From: Candidatus Hydrogenedentota bacterium | GTDB taxonomy: Bacteria; Hydrogenedentota; Hydrogenedentia; Hydrogenedentales; SLHB01 | Direction of reading: 5' to 3' | Length of the DNA: 34,636 bases | NCBI GenBank assembly: GCA_034408725.1 | Contig: JAWXCN010000022.1 | Location: 1-34,636, forward strand | Part shown: positions 18,069 to 27,235 of the stretch, in pieces | How positions within the stretch are numbered: the stretch's first letter is position 1 | How the letters are laid out: every line of letters starts with the position of its first letter | Position numbers and translations under genes: made by a program | Notes under the pieces: model-generated | Databases searched by the model: none | What the model saw: the letters and a program-made list of their open reading frames with translations, nothing else | Told to the model about the DNA's origin: nothing

Positions 18069-18082
18069 GTGTTCGGGTGTTG

Positions 18083-18943
18083 TCAGGCTTTCACTGCGCT
18101 CACATTCAGGCTCACGACGTAATCACTCGGTTTTGTACCCTGCGGCAGGGCATCGAGGATGCGGCTGAAGAGTGGATCATTTGTGGTCGTCATGGAATCA
18201 ATGTAGCCGCCTTTTTCGTCGAGCACGATGTTCTGGAGACCTGCTTCGCGGGCCATGCGCTCTGTTTCGCTGATAAGCGCGGCTCCCGCTACACATCCGA
18301 TGAGGGCCTCGACCATTTCGGCGATGGCCGGGGGCAACGGCTTGCGCAAAGCGAGGTCACTGACAGCAACGCGGCCACCGGGCTTCAATACGCGCGCAAT
18401 CTCGCGCCACACCTGCGCCTTGTCTGGGGAGAGGTTGATCACGCAGTTTGAGATGATCACGTCGGCGCTGGCGTTGGGCAAAGGAAGGTGCTCGATCTCA
18501 CCAAGGCGAAACTCGACGTTATCGAGGTTTGTGCTCTTGCGATACGTCTCCGCGTTGCGCCGGGCCTTCCCCAGCATCTCCGGCGTCATGTCCACTCCAA
18601 TTGCGCGGCCCGTAGCGCCTACCTTGCGTCCGGCGATGAAGATATCGAATCCGCCGCCGCTTCCCAAATCCACCACTACTTCTCCGGGCCGCAATGCCGC
18701 CAATGCCGTCGGGTTGCCACAAGAAAGACCCATGTTCGCGCCGCTCGGAATCGCCGCAAGGTCATCGGTGGCGTAACCGATTGAAGCGGCCAGCGCGTCC
18801 GCGCCGCTAGGCGCGTCCGCCCCACAACAGGACGATTTGACGCAACAGCCGGAATCCGCGGGCTCAAGTTGAGCAATTGCGGCATAGCCCGCCCGTACTT
18901 TTTCCCGCACGTCCTGTTGTTGCAAAGTCATGGATTCGGACAT
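18083..18943 (-). CDS. arsM: arsenite S-adenosylmethionine methyltransferase
   Basis: Conserved cysteines in GLSCGNP, ISNCVINL and GCVAGA; SAM motif VVDLGSGGG; N-terminal CC pairs; directly downstream of arsR. Confidence 0.92.
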   Translation of the reverse strand: MSESMTLQQQDVREKVRAGYAAIAQLEPADSGCCVKSSCCGADAPSGADALAASIGYATDDLAAIPSGANMGLSCGNPTALAALRPGEVVVDLGSGGGFDIFIAGRKVGATGRAIGVDMTPEMLGKARRNAETYRKSTNLDNVEFRLGEIEHLPLPNASADVIISNCVINLSPDKAQVWREIARVLKPGGRVAVSDLALRKPLPPAIAEMVEALIGCVAGAALISETERMAREAGLQNIVLDEKGGYIDSMTTTNDPLFSRILDALPQGTKPSDYVVSLNVSAVKA

Positions 18944-18990
18944 CGTAGTTCTCCTTTTCTAGTGAGTTGTTCCGGTCTGTATTTCGCCAG

Positions 18991-19335
18991 TTATTTACAG
19001 CACACGATGGCTTTGGGCTCAATGGCCTTGTTTCGCGTGCAGCACTCGGCATACAAAAACGCGAGCAGTTCACTCAGTGCTTCGATATTCGCGGAATACC
19101 AGAGAAATGTGCCGTCGCGGCGCACCAGCACCAGCCCTTCATTTCGCAGTTTTTCGAGGTGGTGCGACAAGGTGCTGGAAGGGATAGCCAATTCGGCGTT
19201 GAGGTCGGTGACGTTCATGCCTCCGGGGTGGGCACTCAGCAGCAGGCGCATGACGCGCAGTCGCGGCTCCGTGCCCATGGCGGAGAACATGTCGGCGTAC
19301 CGTGCGATCATTTCAGTTGAGGAATCGTTAGCCAC
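18991..19335 (-). CDS. arsR: ArsR/SmtB family repressor with C-terminal Cys pairs
   Basis: RLRVMRLL, STLSHHLEKLRNEGLV, C-terminal ECC...VCCK. Start GTG 19335 has GGAG upstream. Confidence 0.9.
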   Translation of the reverse strand: MANDSSTEMIARYADMFSAMGTEPRLRVMRLLLSAHPGGMNVTDLNAELAIPSSTLSHHLEKLRNEGLVLVRRDGTFLWYSANIEALSELLAFLYAECCTRNKAIEPKAIVCCK

Positions 19336-19358
19336 GCTTATATCTCCGTAATTCCGCA

Positions 19359-19387
19359 ATTATAGAAATATATTTCGGGATTGTCAA
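19359..19387 (-). promoter_or_regulatory. perfect-consensus sigma70 promoter of arsR-arsM with overlapping palindromic operator candidate
   Basis: Minus strand TTGACA (19387-19382), 17 nt, TATAAT (19364-19359). Perfect palindrome GAAATATATTTC at 19365-19376. Confidence 0.85.
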
Positions 19388-19483
19388 CCCCAAAATTTGT
19401 CCGCGTATTGCAGCTACGTGTGGCGAGTCCTACAATGCCTTCGGGGAATCAGACCAAATCGCCAATCTTCCGGAGGAAATCAG

Positions 19484-20422
19484 TTGCACGAAGAGGGCAA
19501 AATCCAAGGCAGCGGCCAACATAGTTACGAACTTGTCGAGGGCTGGGGGCACTTGCCCGAACACGTCAAATTCGGCAACACCCACGGCGTGGCAGAAGAT
19601 TCGCAGGGGCGAATCTATGTTCATAACCAAAGCCCAACCGGCCATTCAATGGTTGTGTTCGATGGCGATGGCGCATTCATTACCGCATGGGGCAAAGAAT
19701 TTGCAAAAGGGGCGCACGGGCTGCAGCTATTAAAAGAGGGCAGCGGCGAATTCCTTTACCTCGCGTTGACGGATGAACACAGGTGCGTGAAGACGACGCT
19801 GGACGGCGAGGTGGTGTGGGAACTGCGATACCCCGCGGAGAGTGGCCTGTACGAGTCAGAGAACGAATACGTGCCAACGAATATCGCGATCGCGCCCAAC
19901 GGGGACTTCTACATTGCCGACGGGTATGGAAAAAGCTATATCCACCACTACAATCGCAAGGCCGAATACCTGAACTCGTGGGGCGGCAAAGGGTCTGCGC
20001 CGGGCGAAATGAATTGCTGCCACGGCATCTACGTGGACACGCGCGGTGCGCGACCGGAGATCGTTGTTGCTGACCGCGCGAATGTGCGGCTCCAATATTT
20101 CGATCTTGATGGCAATCACCTTCGCTTTGTCACCGGTGACCTGTTGCATCCTTGTCACATTGATCAGCGGGGAGCCGATCTTTTGATTCCGGACCTGTAC
20201 GGCCGGGTAACGATCCTCGACCAGAACAATAGACTTGTTACGCATATCGGCGAAACGCCCAACGCAAACCGGCTCGCGGGGTGGCCAAATATCGTTAAGG
20301 AAAAGCGCGTGCCCGGAAAATTTACGTCGCCGCACGGCGCGATATGGGACCGGGACGGGAACCTTTACTGCGTGGAATGGATTCCAGATGGGAGGGTGAC
20401 AAAGTTTCGCCGGATGTCTTAG
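19484..20422 (+). CDS. NHL-repeat beta-propeller protein (peptidylglycine alpha-amidating lyase-like)
   Basis: Repeated H/P-G-I-x-x-D units, YIADGYG, VADRAN, PHG..D.DGNLY. Probable TTG start at 19484 after GGAGGA. Confidence 0.8.
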   Translation: MHEEGKIQGSGQHSYELVEGWGHLPEHVKFGNTHGVAEDSQGRIYVHNQSPTGHSMVVFDGDGAFITAWGKEFAKGAHGLQLLKEGSGEFLYLALTDEHRCVKTTLDGEVVWELRYPAESGLYESENEYVPTNIAIAPNGDFYIADGYGKSYIHHYNRKAEYLNSWGGKGSAPGEMNCCHGIYVDTRGARPEIVVADRANVRLQYFDLDGNHLRFVTGDLLHPCHIDQRGADLLIPDLYGRVTILDQNNRLVTHIGETPNANRLAGWPNIVKEKRVPGKFTSPHGAIWDRDGNLYCVEWIPDGRVTKFRRMS

Positions 20423-20540
20423 TCGAACCGCGATGGTTTAAGAGACTGAGTGCGAAGTTGAAACTGCGAAAACTTCGAGTTCTGAGGGTCTGTGGAAGCC
20501 CCAAAATTACGTAGTATTGTTCGCTTTTTTTGATCGCCTC

Positions 20541-20549
20541 TGGTATAGT
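20541..20549 (+). promoter_or_regulatory. possible extended -10 promoter for the S41-rph-rdgB-tsaC run
   Basis: TGGTATAGT (TGn-TATAGT) about 50 nt upstream of ATG 20601, which has a GGAGGT RBS. No clear -35. Confidence 0.35.
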
Positions 20550-20600
20550 TCCGACCGTGTTGGTTGATCGCACGCGCACTTCTCCTGGAGGTACCGTCGT

Positions 20601-22061
20601 ATGCGCAATGTCCGTTCGCAATTCATCGGGCTCTTTATCTTCCTCGCCGCGCTCACCCTGCTTCTCACGAATGGGTTTTGGGCGCATATTCATGCCGAAC
20701 AGGAAAAAGACCTGTTCCGGCAAATTGAACCGCTGGGTGGCGTGCTTGCCGAAATAATGAAACATTACGTGGAATCGCCGGACGTCGATAAAGTCGTCGA
20801 AGGCGGCATCAACGGGATGATGAACTCGCTGGATGACCACAGTTCGTATGTTCCGCCGCGTTTTTATCAGGAATTGAAGGAAGATACCGAGGGCCGGTTT
20901 GACGGCATCGGCATTCAGATCAAATTGAACGACGACAAGAACATCGTCGTATTTACGCCGATCCCGGGTTCGCCCGCCGCGAAGTCCGGAATCCTTCCGG
21001 GCGACATTATTGTGGAAATCGACGGCAAGTCCACGAAGGAAATGAACATTGACGCAGCGAAAGACCACATCCGCGGAGAAGGTGGCACGGTCGTCACACT
21101 GAGGGTTTTCCGGCCCGGAAAAGCAGAGGGCGAAGAAGGCAAGTTTTTGGATATCGGAGTCACGCGCGGCCAGGTTCAGACGCCAAGCCTGATGGAAAGC
21201 CGGGTGTTGAAGGACGGCGTTGGTTATGTGCGGGTCAGCGATTTCAAACAGACGACCGCGCGCGATCTTGCCGAGAAAATCAAAGAGCTTGAACCACTTG
21301 GAATGCAGTCGCTTATTCTGGACCTTCGTTGGAACCCCGGCGGCCTCTTGAGCGCGTCCGAGGAAGTGGCAAGCCTGTTCCTGAAGAAGAACATGCTGGT
21401 GACGTATACGCGCGGACGGCCAAACGCGGACGGCACGGTGCAGGAAGACATCACGCTGTACACAGACCGCGAACCGGTGTTGCCGCAGAATTTCCCGATA
21501 GTGCTGTTGGTGAACGAGATGACGGCGAGTTCGTCCGAGATCGTGACCGGCGCATTGCAATACCACAAACGCGCGCTCATCATTGGCGCGAAGACGTTTG
21601 GCAAAGGCAGCGTGCAGACGATCATTCCGCTTCCTTCGCCCCGCAACAGCGCGCTACGCCTTACGACGGCCTATTATTACACCCCGGCCGAAGTGACGAT
21701 TAACAAGCATGGCATTCTGCCGGATATCGATGCGCCATTTCCCCAGGAGAAATGGGAAGACCTGCTGAAGCAGATGATGGGGTCGTGGGAAAGCGACGCC
21801 ACCAAGATGGATCAGCAGAACCACGGCAGCGTGACGGGCGACGCCGTCACCGACTTGACCGTTGAAGACGTTCAGCTCCAGCGCGCCGTCGAGATTCTTT
21901 CGGAAGACCAGGCGTGGGAAGGCATCCTTGCGAAATACCACAAGGACACCAAGATCACGCAGGTGGCCGCCATCGAACCGACTGGCGAAAACAAAGATGC
22001 GTCGTCGTTGATCGCTGCCGAGGAAGCTTCTGTAGCTCCCGCGACGGAGGCGACCCCATAG
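20601..22061 (+). CDS. C-terminal processing protease, S41A family (PDZ + peptidase)
   Basis: N-terminal TM/signal, GIGI PDZ motif, [22 protein letters not shown]. Confidence 0.93.
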   Translation: MRNVRSQFIGLFIFLAALTLLLTNGFWAHIHAEQEKDLFRQIEPLGGVLAEIMKHYVESPDVDKVVEGGINGMMNSLDDHSSYVPPRFYQELKEDTEGRFDGIGIQIKLNDDKNIVVFTPIPGSPAAKSGILPGDIIVEIDGKSTKEMNIDAAKDHIRGEGGTVVTLRVFRPGKAEGEEGKFLDIGVTRGQVQTPSLMESRVLKDGVGYVRVSDFKQTTARDLAEKIKELEPLGMQSLILDLRWNPGGLLSASEEVASLFLKKNMLVTYTRGRPNADGTVQEDITLYTDREPVLPQNFPIVLLVNEMTASSSEIVTGALQYHKRALIIGAKTFGKGSVQTIIPLPSPRNSALRLTTAYYYTPAEVTINKHGILPDIDAPFPQEKWEDLLKQMMGSWESDATKMDQQNHGSVTGDAVTDLTVEDVQLQRAVEILSEDQAWEGILAKYHKDTKITQVAAIEPTGENKDASSLIAAEEASVAPATEATP

Positions 22062-22063
22062 GC

Positions 22064-22777
22064 ATGCGACCGGATGGCCGCGCAAACGACGCGCTCCGCC
22101 CGGTAACGATTGAACGCAACTATACAAAGTTTGCCGAAGGCTCGGTAATGATAGCTTTCGGTGATACGAAAGTGTTGTGTACCGCCACCGTCGAGGAGCG
22201 TATTCCGCCATTTCTGCGGGACACCGGGCGCGGCTGGGTAACTGCCGAGTACGGCATGTTGCCGGGGTCTTCCCAGGAACGCATATCGCGCGACGCCGTA
22301 AAAAAGGGGCGCGCGATGGAAATCTCCCGGCTTATCGGGCGTTCGCTCCGATCTGTAATGAATCTTACCGCGCTGGGTGAACGCCAAATCCTGATCGATT
22401 GCGACGTGTTGCAAGCTGATGGCGGCACGCGGACCGCCTCGATCACCGGGGCGTTCGTGGCCCTGCACGATGCCGTGCATGCCCTCGTACAACGGAACGT
22501 CCTCAAACACTCGCCACTACTCGGTCACTGCGCGGCGGTCAGTGTTGGCGTGGTCGGCGGTGAACCCATGCTGGACCTGTGCTACGAGGAAGATTCCAAG
22601 GCGGACGTCGATATGAACCTCGTGTTGCGCGATGACGGCACATTCGTCGAAGTGCAAGGGTCTGCGGAGGGCGCGTCCTTTTCCCGTTCAATGCTGAATG
22701 ACATCCTTTCCCTCGGAGAGAAAGGGACGTTAGAACTTATTTCCCTCCAACGGACTGCGCTCGGCATTGCTTCCTAG
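22064..22777 (+). CDS. rph: ribonuclease PH
   Basis: Motifs [57 protein letters not shown]. Start ATG 22064. Confidence 0.97.
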   Translation: MRPDGRANDALRPVTIERNYTKFAEGSVMIAFGDTKVLCTATVEERIPPFLRDTGRGWVTAEYGMLPGSSQERISRDAVKKGRAMEISRLIGRSLRSVMNLTALGERQILIDCDVLQADGGTRTASITGAFVALHDAVHALVQRNVLKHSPLLGHCAAVSVGVVGGEPMLDLCYEEDSKADVDMNLVLRDDGTFVEVQGSAEGASFSRSMLNDILSLGEKGTLELISLQRTALGIAS

Positions 22778-22779
22778 CC

Positions 22780-23382
22780 ATGCCGGACAATGTGCTACTG
22801 ATTGCAACGGGCAACGCACATAAGCTGGACGAGATTCGATCGTTCCTGAAGGGCGTGGCGTGGCGCATCGCCGGCCTGGATGAATTCCCCCCGTGCAACG
22901 CGCCCGCGGAAACCGGAACGACGTTCAAAGAGAATGCCACGATCAAGGCGCTGGCTTACGCCGCGCAATTCAAGGTGGCATGCGTGGCGGATGACAGCGG
23001 CCTCGAAGTGGATGCATTGGGTGGCGAACCGGGTGTGCGCTCGGCCCGGTACGCGGGCGAAAATGCAACTGCCAGCGACAACAACGCGAAATTATTGCTG
23101 GCGTTAAAAGCAACTCCTGATGTTCAACGCACGGCGCGGTTTGTCTGCTATTGCGCGCTCGCGCTTCCGGGCAAAGATATCCACATCGAGACAGGCGCCG
23201 TCGAAGGGCACATCGCGCACCAAGAACGCGGCGCAAACGGCTTTGGATATGATCCACTGTTCATTCCCAACGGGTACAACGAAACCTTCGGTGTGCTCGG
23301 TCCAGACGTGAAAGCCGCGATAAGCCATCGCGCGAAAGCGTTCCGTAAATTGCGCGCCCACCTGGAACCCGCAACGCAATGA
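22780..23382 (+). CDS. rdgB: non-canonical purine NTP pyrophosphatase (dITP/XTP)
   Basis: Motifs ATGNAHK, ADDSGL, PGVRSARY, GFGYDPLF, SHR; rph-rdgB synteny. Confidence 0.96.
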   Translation: MPDNVLLIATGNAHKLDEIRSFLKGVAWRIAGLDEFPPCNAPAETGTTFKENATIKALAYAAQFKVACVADDSGLEVDALGGEPGVRSARYAGENATASDNNAKLLLALKATPDVQRTARFVCYCALALPGKDIHIETGAVEGHIAHQERGANGFGYDPLFIPNGYNETFGVLGPDVKAAISHRAKAFRKLRAHLEPATQ

Positions 23383-23972
23383 AACGCGTGGCCCCGTCGC
23401 CGGAAGGGATCGCGGAAGCCGCGGCGGTAATACGCGCCGGTGGCATCGTCGCGTACCCCACGGAAACCTTGTACGGACTCGGCGCGGACCCTTTCTCGGC
23501 ACCGGCCATTCGCAGGTTGTTCGCCGCGAAAGGGCGGGCGGAAACGAATCCGGTGTTACTAATTGCCGCGGATGCCGCACAAGTGGCACAGGTGGTACGC
23601 GAGATTTCAGCAGTTGCGCAACGGTACATGGATGCGTTTTGGCCGGGGCCGTTAAGCCTGGTGTTGCCGAAACACAAAGACGTGCCCGCTGAACTCTGTG
23701 GCGGGACGGACAAGGTATGTGTGCGCGTGACTGCAAGCGAGATTGCGCGCGCGCTGTGTATCGCGGTGGGACATCCGATCACTTCCACCTCGGCCAACCG
23801 TAGCGGCGATGCGCCTTCGGCGCACTTCGAGCAGCAGGACTTGACCGGAGTCGATCTCTACATTGACGCGGGACCGCTAGCCGCGAGCACACCTTCGACT
23901 GTTTACGATCCTGACGAAGGGATTATTTACCGCCACGGCGCAATTTCGGAGGCGGCCCTGCGTTTGAAGTAG
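23379..23972 (+). CDS. tsaC: threonylcarbamoyl-AMP synthase (single-domain TsaC/YrdC)
   Basis: Motifs PTETLYGLGAD, KGR, FWPGPL, STSANRSG, PST. Confidence 0.93.
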   Translation: MKRVAPSPEGIAEAAAVIRAGGIVAYPTETLYGLGADPFSAPAIRRLFAAKGRAETNPVLLIAADAAQVAQVVREISAVAQRYMDAFWPGPLSLVLPKHKDVPAELCGGTDKVCVRVTASEIARALCIAVGHPITSTSANRSGDAPSAHFEQQDLTGVDLYIDAGPLAASTPSTVYDPDEGIIYRHGAISEAALRLK

Positions 23973-23977
23973 CTCTG

Positions 23978-25075
23978 TCACCCGCCGGTTTCCACTTCGT
24001 ATACCTGGCTGTGTCCAGTTGCGTCCGACGTATAAACAATCCGGTTAGAATCGGGCGAAAAATTTGGATGCGGATGGGTGTGTTGCGGCGCGTAGACTTT
24101 TACGGGGCCGTCGTCGTAGGGGCAGTGATCGATGTTCCAATGATCGCCGGCATTCGACGCGCCGGGAAAACAAACCGTGCGCCTCGGAGCGGCGCAGTCA
24201 TTCGGATCGAAAAGTTGTAGGCCGATATCCGGGTTTCTGGTGTCCGCGACCATTGCCGATCCGTCGCGATTCAGCATGGGATGCCATGCGTTGAACTTCG
24301 CGCACCACCGCGTGGCGCCGGTTACGGTGTCGACTCCCATGACGCCGTGGGGCCAGTTGGTAGTCAGGATTTCGTTCGTACCGGGGCGCCAGGTTTCGTG
24401 GACGATCCATTCCTTTTTCGCGGTGTCACGGAGGTATGTAAGACGATTGTTCGAGCCGTCGCGGTGAATCACCCAGATACGTTCATGGTAGGGCCCGGCG
24501 TAACGCAGGATGCCGGAATCATCGGGATGAAACTCGGGATGCCCTATCGTGTCGCGTTCGAGAATGATCCCGGTGCCGCCGGTCTGCGTGTCGATAACGT
24601 GAAACCGGGATACCTTTCCAACCTTCACCGGGACCGCCCACCACTTGCCGTCGCGGCTGAGCGTGGTGGTGCCCATCGCCGCGCCAACCATCCCCTGCTC
24701 CTTCATCGGTACGCTGCCGAAATCCGCAAGACATTCTTCCGCGAAGGTTTCCGTGTGAACGCGCAACGCGCTCGCCCCGGCGGTGAAATACACGTACAGT
24801 CCGTCGCCGGAGGGATGGATTGACCACTCGTTCAAATCGTCGCGGTTGGTAAGTTGGATCAGTGCGCCGGTTTCGCGTTCTTCACAAAAAATTTGCGCTG
24901 TCCCCGTGCGGTGCGAAACGAAGTATAGGCGGCGCATGGCATCGTCGTACGCGGGAATGTAGTAGAACGGATGATGATGAATCGAAGGATGCGATGTTAC
25001 CTGCCGCACGCGCGCGCCCGTGCGACCATCGCGCAGCCAGCGGGATTCGGAAGGATATGTATCGCCCTTGTTCAA
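23978..25075 (-). CDS. oligogalacturonate lyase-like beta-propeller protein
   Basis: N-terminal D..TGARVRQVT..HHPFYY, GHPEFHP, HETW, C-terminal HPHPNFSPD..YTSD as in the Ogl family; no signal peptide. Confidence 0.75.
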   Translation of the reverse strand: MNKGDTYPSESRWLRDGRTGARVRQVTSHPSIHHHPFYYIPAYDDAMRRLYFVSHRTGTAQIFCEERETGALIQLTNRDDLNEWSIHPSGDGLYVYFTAGASALRVHTETFAEECLADFGSVPMKEQGMVGAAMGTTTLSRDGKWWAVPVKVGKVSRFHVIDTQTGGTGIILERDTIGHPEFHPDDSGILRYAGPYHERIWVIHRDGSNNRLTYLRDTAKKEWIVHETWRPGTNEILTTNWPHGVMGVDTVTGATRWCAKFNAWHPMLNRDGSAMVADTRNPDIGLQLFDPNDCAAPRRTVCFPGASNAGDHWNIDHCPYDDGPVKVYAPQHTHPHPNFSPDSNRIVYTSDATGHSQVYEVETGG

Positions 25076-25103
25076 TCGAGATCCCCGGTGTTCTTTAATG
25101 GCC

Positions 25104-26114
25104 TCAGATGCCCAGTATTCGTTGCGCGTTTGTCACGAGTATTGCGCGGCGTTGCTGCTCCGTTATGGGAAGTTTATCAATCGCCTGAATCGTATCGCGA
25201 AGGAGTTGTGCGCCGCCTTCGGGGCCGAAGGGTATGTCGGTGGCGAAGAGAACGCGATCTATCCCGAAGAAATCCATCGCACACGCGATAGCCGCATGAG
25301 AACCAAACGACGCGGTATCTGCGTGAAATCGGCGAAATGCGTCCACGGGACGTTCGCGCAGCGGTGTACGAATTGCCTCCTCGTGTTCTGGTGCGGTGCG
25401 CGTCCCGAGTTGATCGAGACCGGCAGCCAGTCTTCCTTCGAGCATCGGCACAATTCCGCCTGCGTGATGCGCGATCACGACGAGATCGGGCCATCGATCG
25501 AATATACCCGAAAAAACGAGCCGCGCCATGGCAAGGCTTGTTTCGTATGGCCAGCCGAATGCCCACCACATGTCGAATTTCGACACGGCTTCGCCGGGAT
25601 AATCCGGGCGGGCCATCGGACGAACGGGGTGCAACCAGATCGCGCGGTGCGCCCGCGCTGTGTGGTCTATGATCGAGAGCAGTTCCGGCGCGTCCAGGGG
25701 TTGGGAATTTACGCTTGAAAACAATTGAACACCAAGCGCACCGAGGGTTTCGTATGCGCGTGTTGCTTCGGTGAGCGATGCATCGGGATCGTTCAGCGGC
25801 AACGCGGCGACAAAGCCCGCGAACCGATCGGGGTATTGCTCCACCCATTCCGCCATGGCGTCGTTTGCGACGCGGGCGAGATCGCGCGCGCGCGCCGCGT
25901 GACCGAGGGCTTCCACAGGTGGGGAGCCAAGACTGATGATTTGGCGGTAGCCCGGAAACGCATCCATCAAGCGGAACCGCGCTTCGACATCTGCCATCGC
26001 TGGAATACTCGCGGCTCGCGTAAACATGAACGGCGGCGAAGTCCGCGCGATGACCGCCGCACAATACGCCGGCGGCAACACATGGCAGAAGACGTCGATT
26101 GCGGTGGTGTTCAA
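25104..26114 (-). CDS. amidohydrolase family 2 protein (ACMSD/LigI-like TIM barrel)
   Basis: Motifs IDVFCH, ANDAMAE, WLHP, AHHAGG, FATDIPF. Probable TTG start at 26114. Confidence 0.85.
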   Translation of the reverse strand: MNTTAIDVFCHVLPPAYCAAVIARTSPPFMFTRAASIPAMADVEARFRLMDAFPGYRQIISLGSPPVEALGHAARARDLARVANDAMAEWVEQYPDRFAGFVAALPLNDPDASLTEATRAYETLGALGVQLFSSVNSQPLDAPELLSIIDHTARAHRAIWLHPVRPMARPDYPGEAVSKFDMWWAFGWPYETSLAMARLVFSGIFDRWPDLVVIAHHAGGIVPMLEGRLAAGLDQLGTRTAPEHEEAIRTPLRERPVDAFRRFHADTASFGSHAAIACAMDFFGIDRVLFATDIPFGPEGGAQLLRDTIQAIDKLPITEQQRRAILVTNAQRILGI

Positions 26115-26164
26115 TCGGAAATCATCCTTGCTAGCGCCGTCACGGCGACTGCAAACCCGAAAAG

Positions 26165-27145
26165 CTAATTGCGCGCGCGCAGGGTTGACGCTTGTGGACA
26201 ATCGAAACCGATGGACTCGAGCTCGCGGCGAATCTGTTCGATCTGGTCCGCGGACAACGGCCGCACAGGACGGCGAAAATGCGGGCTCGGGAACCGGCCC
26301 ATGAGCCAGCGCGCGACCTTCATCCGCTGGTGCGCGCCGCAGCCGGGTTCGCCGAAGTTGTAGATGATGCGCGCGAGCGGCGCCACCGTCTGTTGCGCGG
26401 CTTTCGCGCGCGCTAGATCGCCGGCGAGCGCGGCATGCACAACTTCGACCATGAGTTCCGGCGCGAACCCCGCAAACCCTATCAGCGCGCCATCGGCGCC
26501 TTCAAGCAGCGTGGGCAGAAGAAATTCGTCGTGGCACGTGACGATCGAAACATGCGGCGCCGCAGCCTTGAGTTTTTCATAGTCGAAAAGCCACCGGGCC
26601 ATGTCGCGCGTACCCATTTTTATCATGACGACTTCAGGAAGTTTCACCATATCGAGCATTTCGGCGAGTGAATAGCCGGCCTTGGTCCACGCGGGATATT
26701 GATGAACAACGATGGGCATGCCCGCGCCTTCGGCAACGTCCTGGATGAAGCCAACCGCAGTGGTGGACGTGCGGCCAAATCGAATCCAGTGGTGCGGCGG
26801 CATGAGCAAGATGGCGTCGGCACCGGCTTCTTTCGCGGCAAGCGCGTGATCGATGGCTTCTAGGCTGCCTTCCGCGGATACGCCGGCGATGACCTTTACA
26901 TCGGGAAAGGCTTCGCGCACGGTTTCTGAAACTATCCGAGTTACCCGCGCCCGCTCATTCGGACGAAGCGACATGATCTCGCCGGTGTGGCCGTTGCACG
27001 TAAGACCTTTGATGCCGTCAACGGATGCGACTTCGGCAATATATTCGCGTAGCCCGTCTTCGTCGATTGTCTCATCGGCGTTAAACGCGCAGAGTGTCGC
27101 CGCGAACACGCCTTTCCAAGGGTCGTTGGTGTGAATGATTGGCAT
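26165..27145 (-). CDS. dihydrodipicolinate synthase/N-acetylneuraminate lyase family aldolase or dehydratase (not DapA)
   Basis: NGHTGE, GADAILLMPP, Schiff-base Lys in MIKMG. Probable start ATG 27145. Confidence 0.85.
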   Translation of the reverse strand: MPIIHTNDPWKGVFAATLCAFNADETIDEDGLREYIAEVASVDGIKGLTCNGHTGEIMSLRPNERARVTRIVSETVREAFPDVKVIAGVSAEGSLEAIDHALAAKEAGADAILLMPPHHWIRFGRTSTTAVGFIQDVAEGAGMPIVVHQYPAWTKAGYSLAEMLDMVKLPEVVMIKMGTRDMARWLFDYEKLKAAAPHVSIVTCHDEFLLPTLLEGADGALIGFAGFAPELMVEVVHAALAGDLARAKAAQQTVAPLARIIYNFGEPGCGAHQRMKVARWLMGRFPSPHFRRPVRPLSADQIEQIRRELESIGFDCPQASTLRARN

Positions 27146-27168
27146 GGAGTTTTCTCTCGATGTTATCA

Positions 27169-27195
27169 ATTTTAGACTTTAGATTTTAGATTGAA
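27169..27195 (+). repeat. heptamer tandem repeat (AYTTTAG)x3 ending in ATTGAA
   Basis: ATTTTAG ACTTTAG ATTTTAG ATTGAA; same family as 17777-17810. Confidence 0.8.
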
Positions 27196-27235
27196 GAACC
27201 CAACATGAATTTGGCAACTATTCATTTGAACCATA

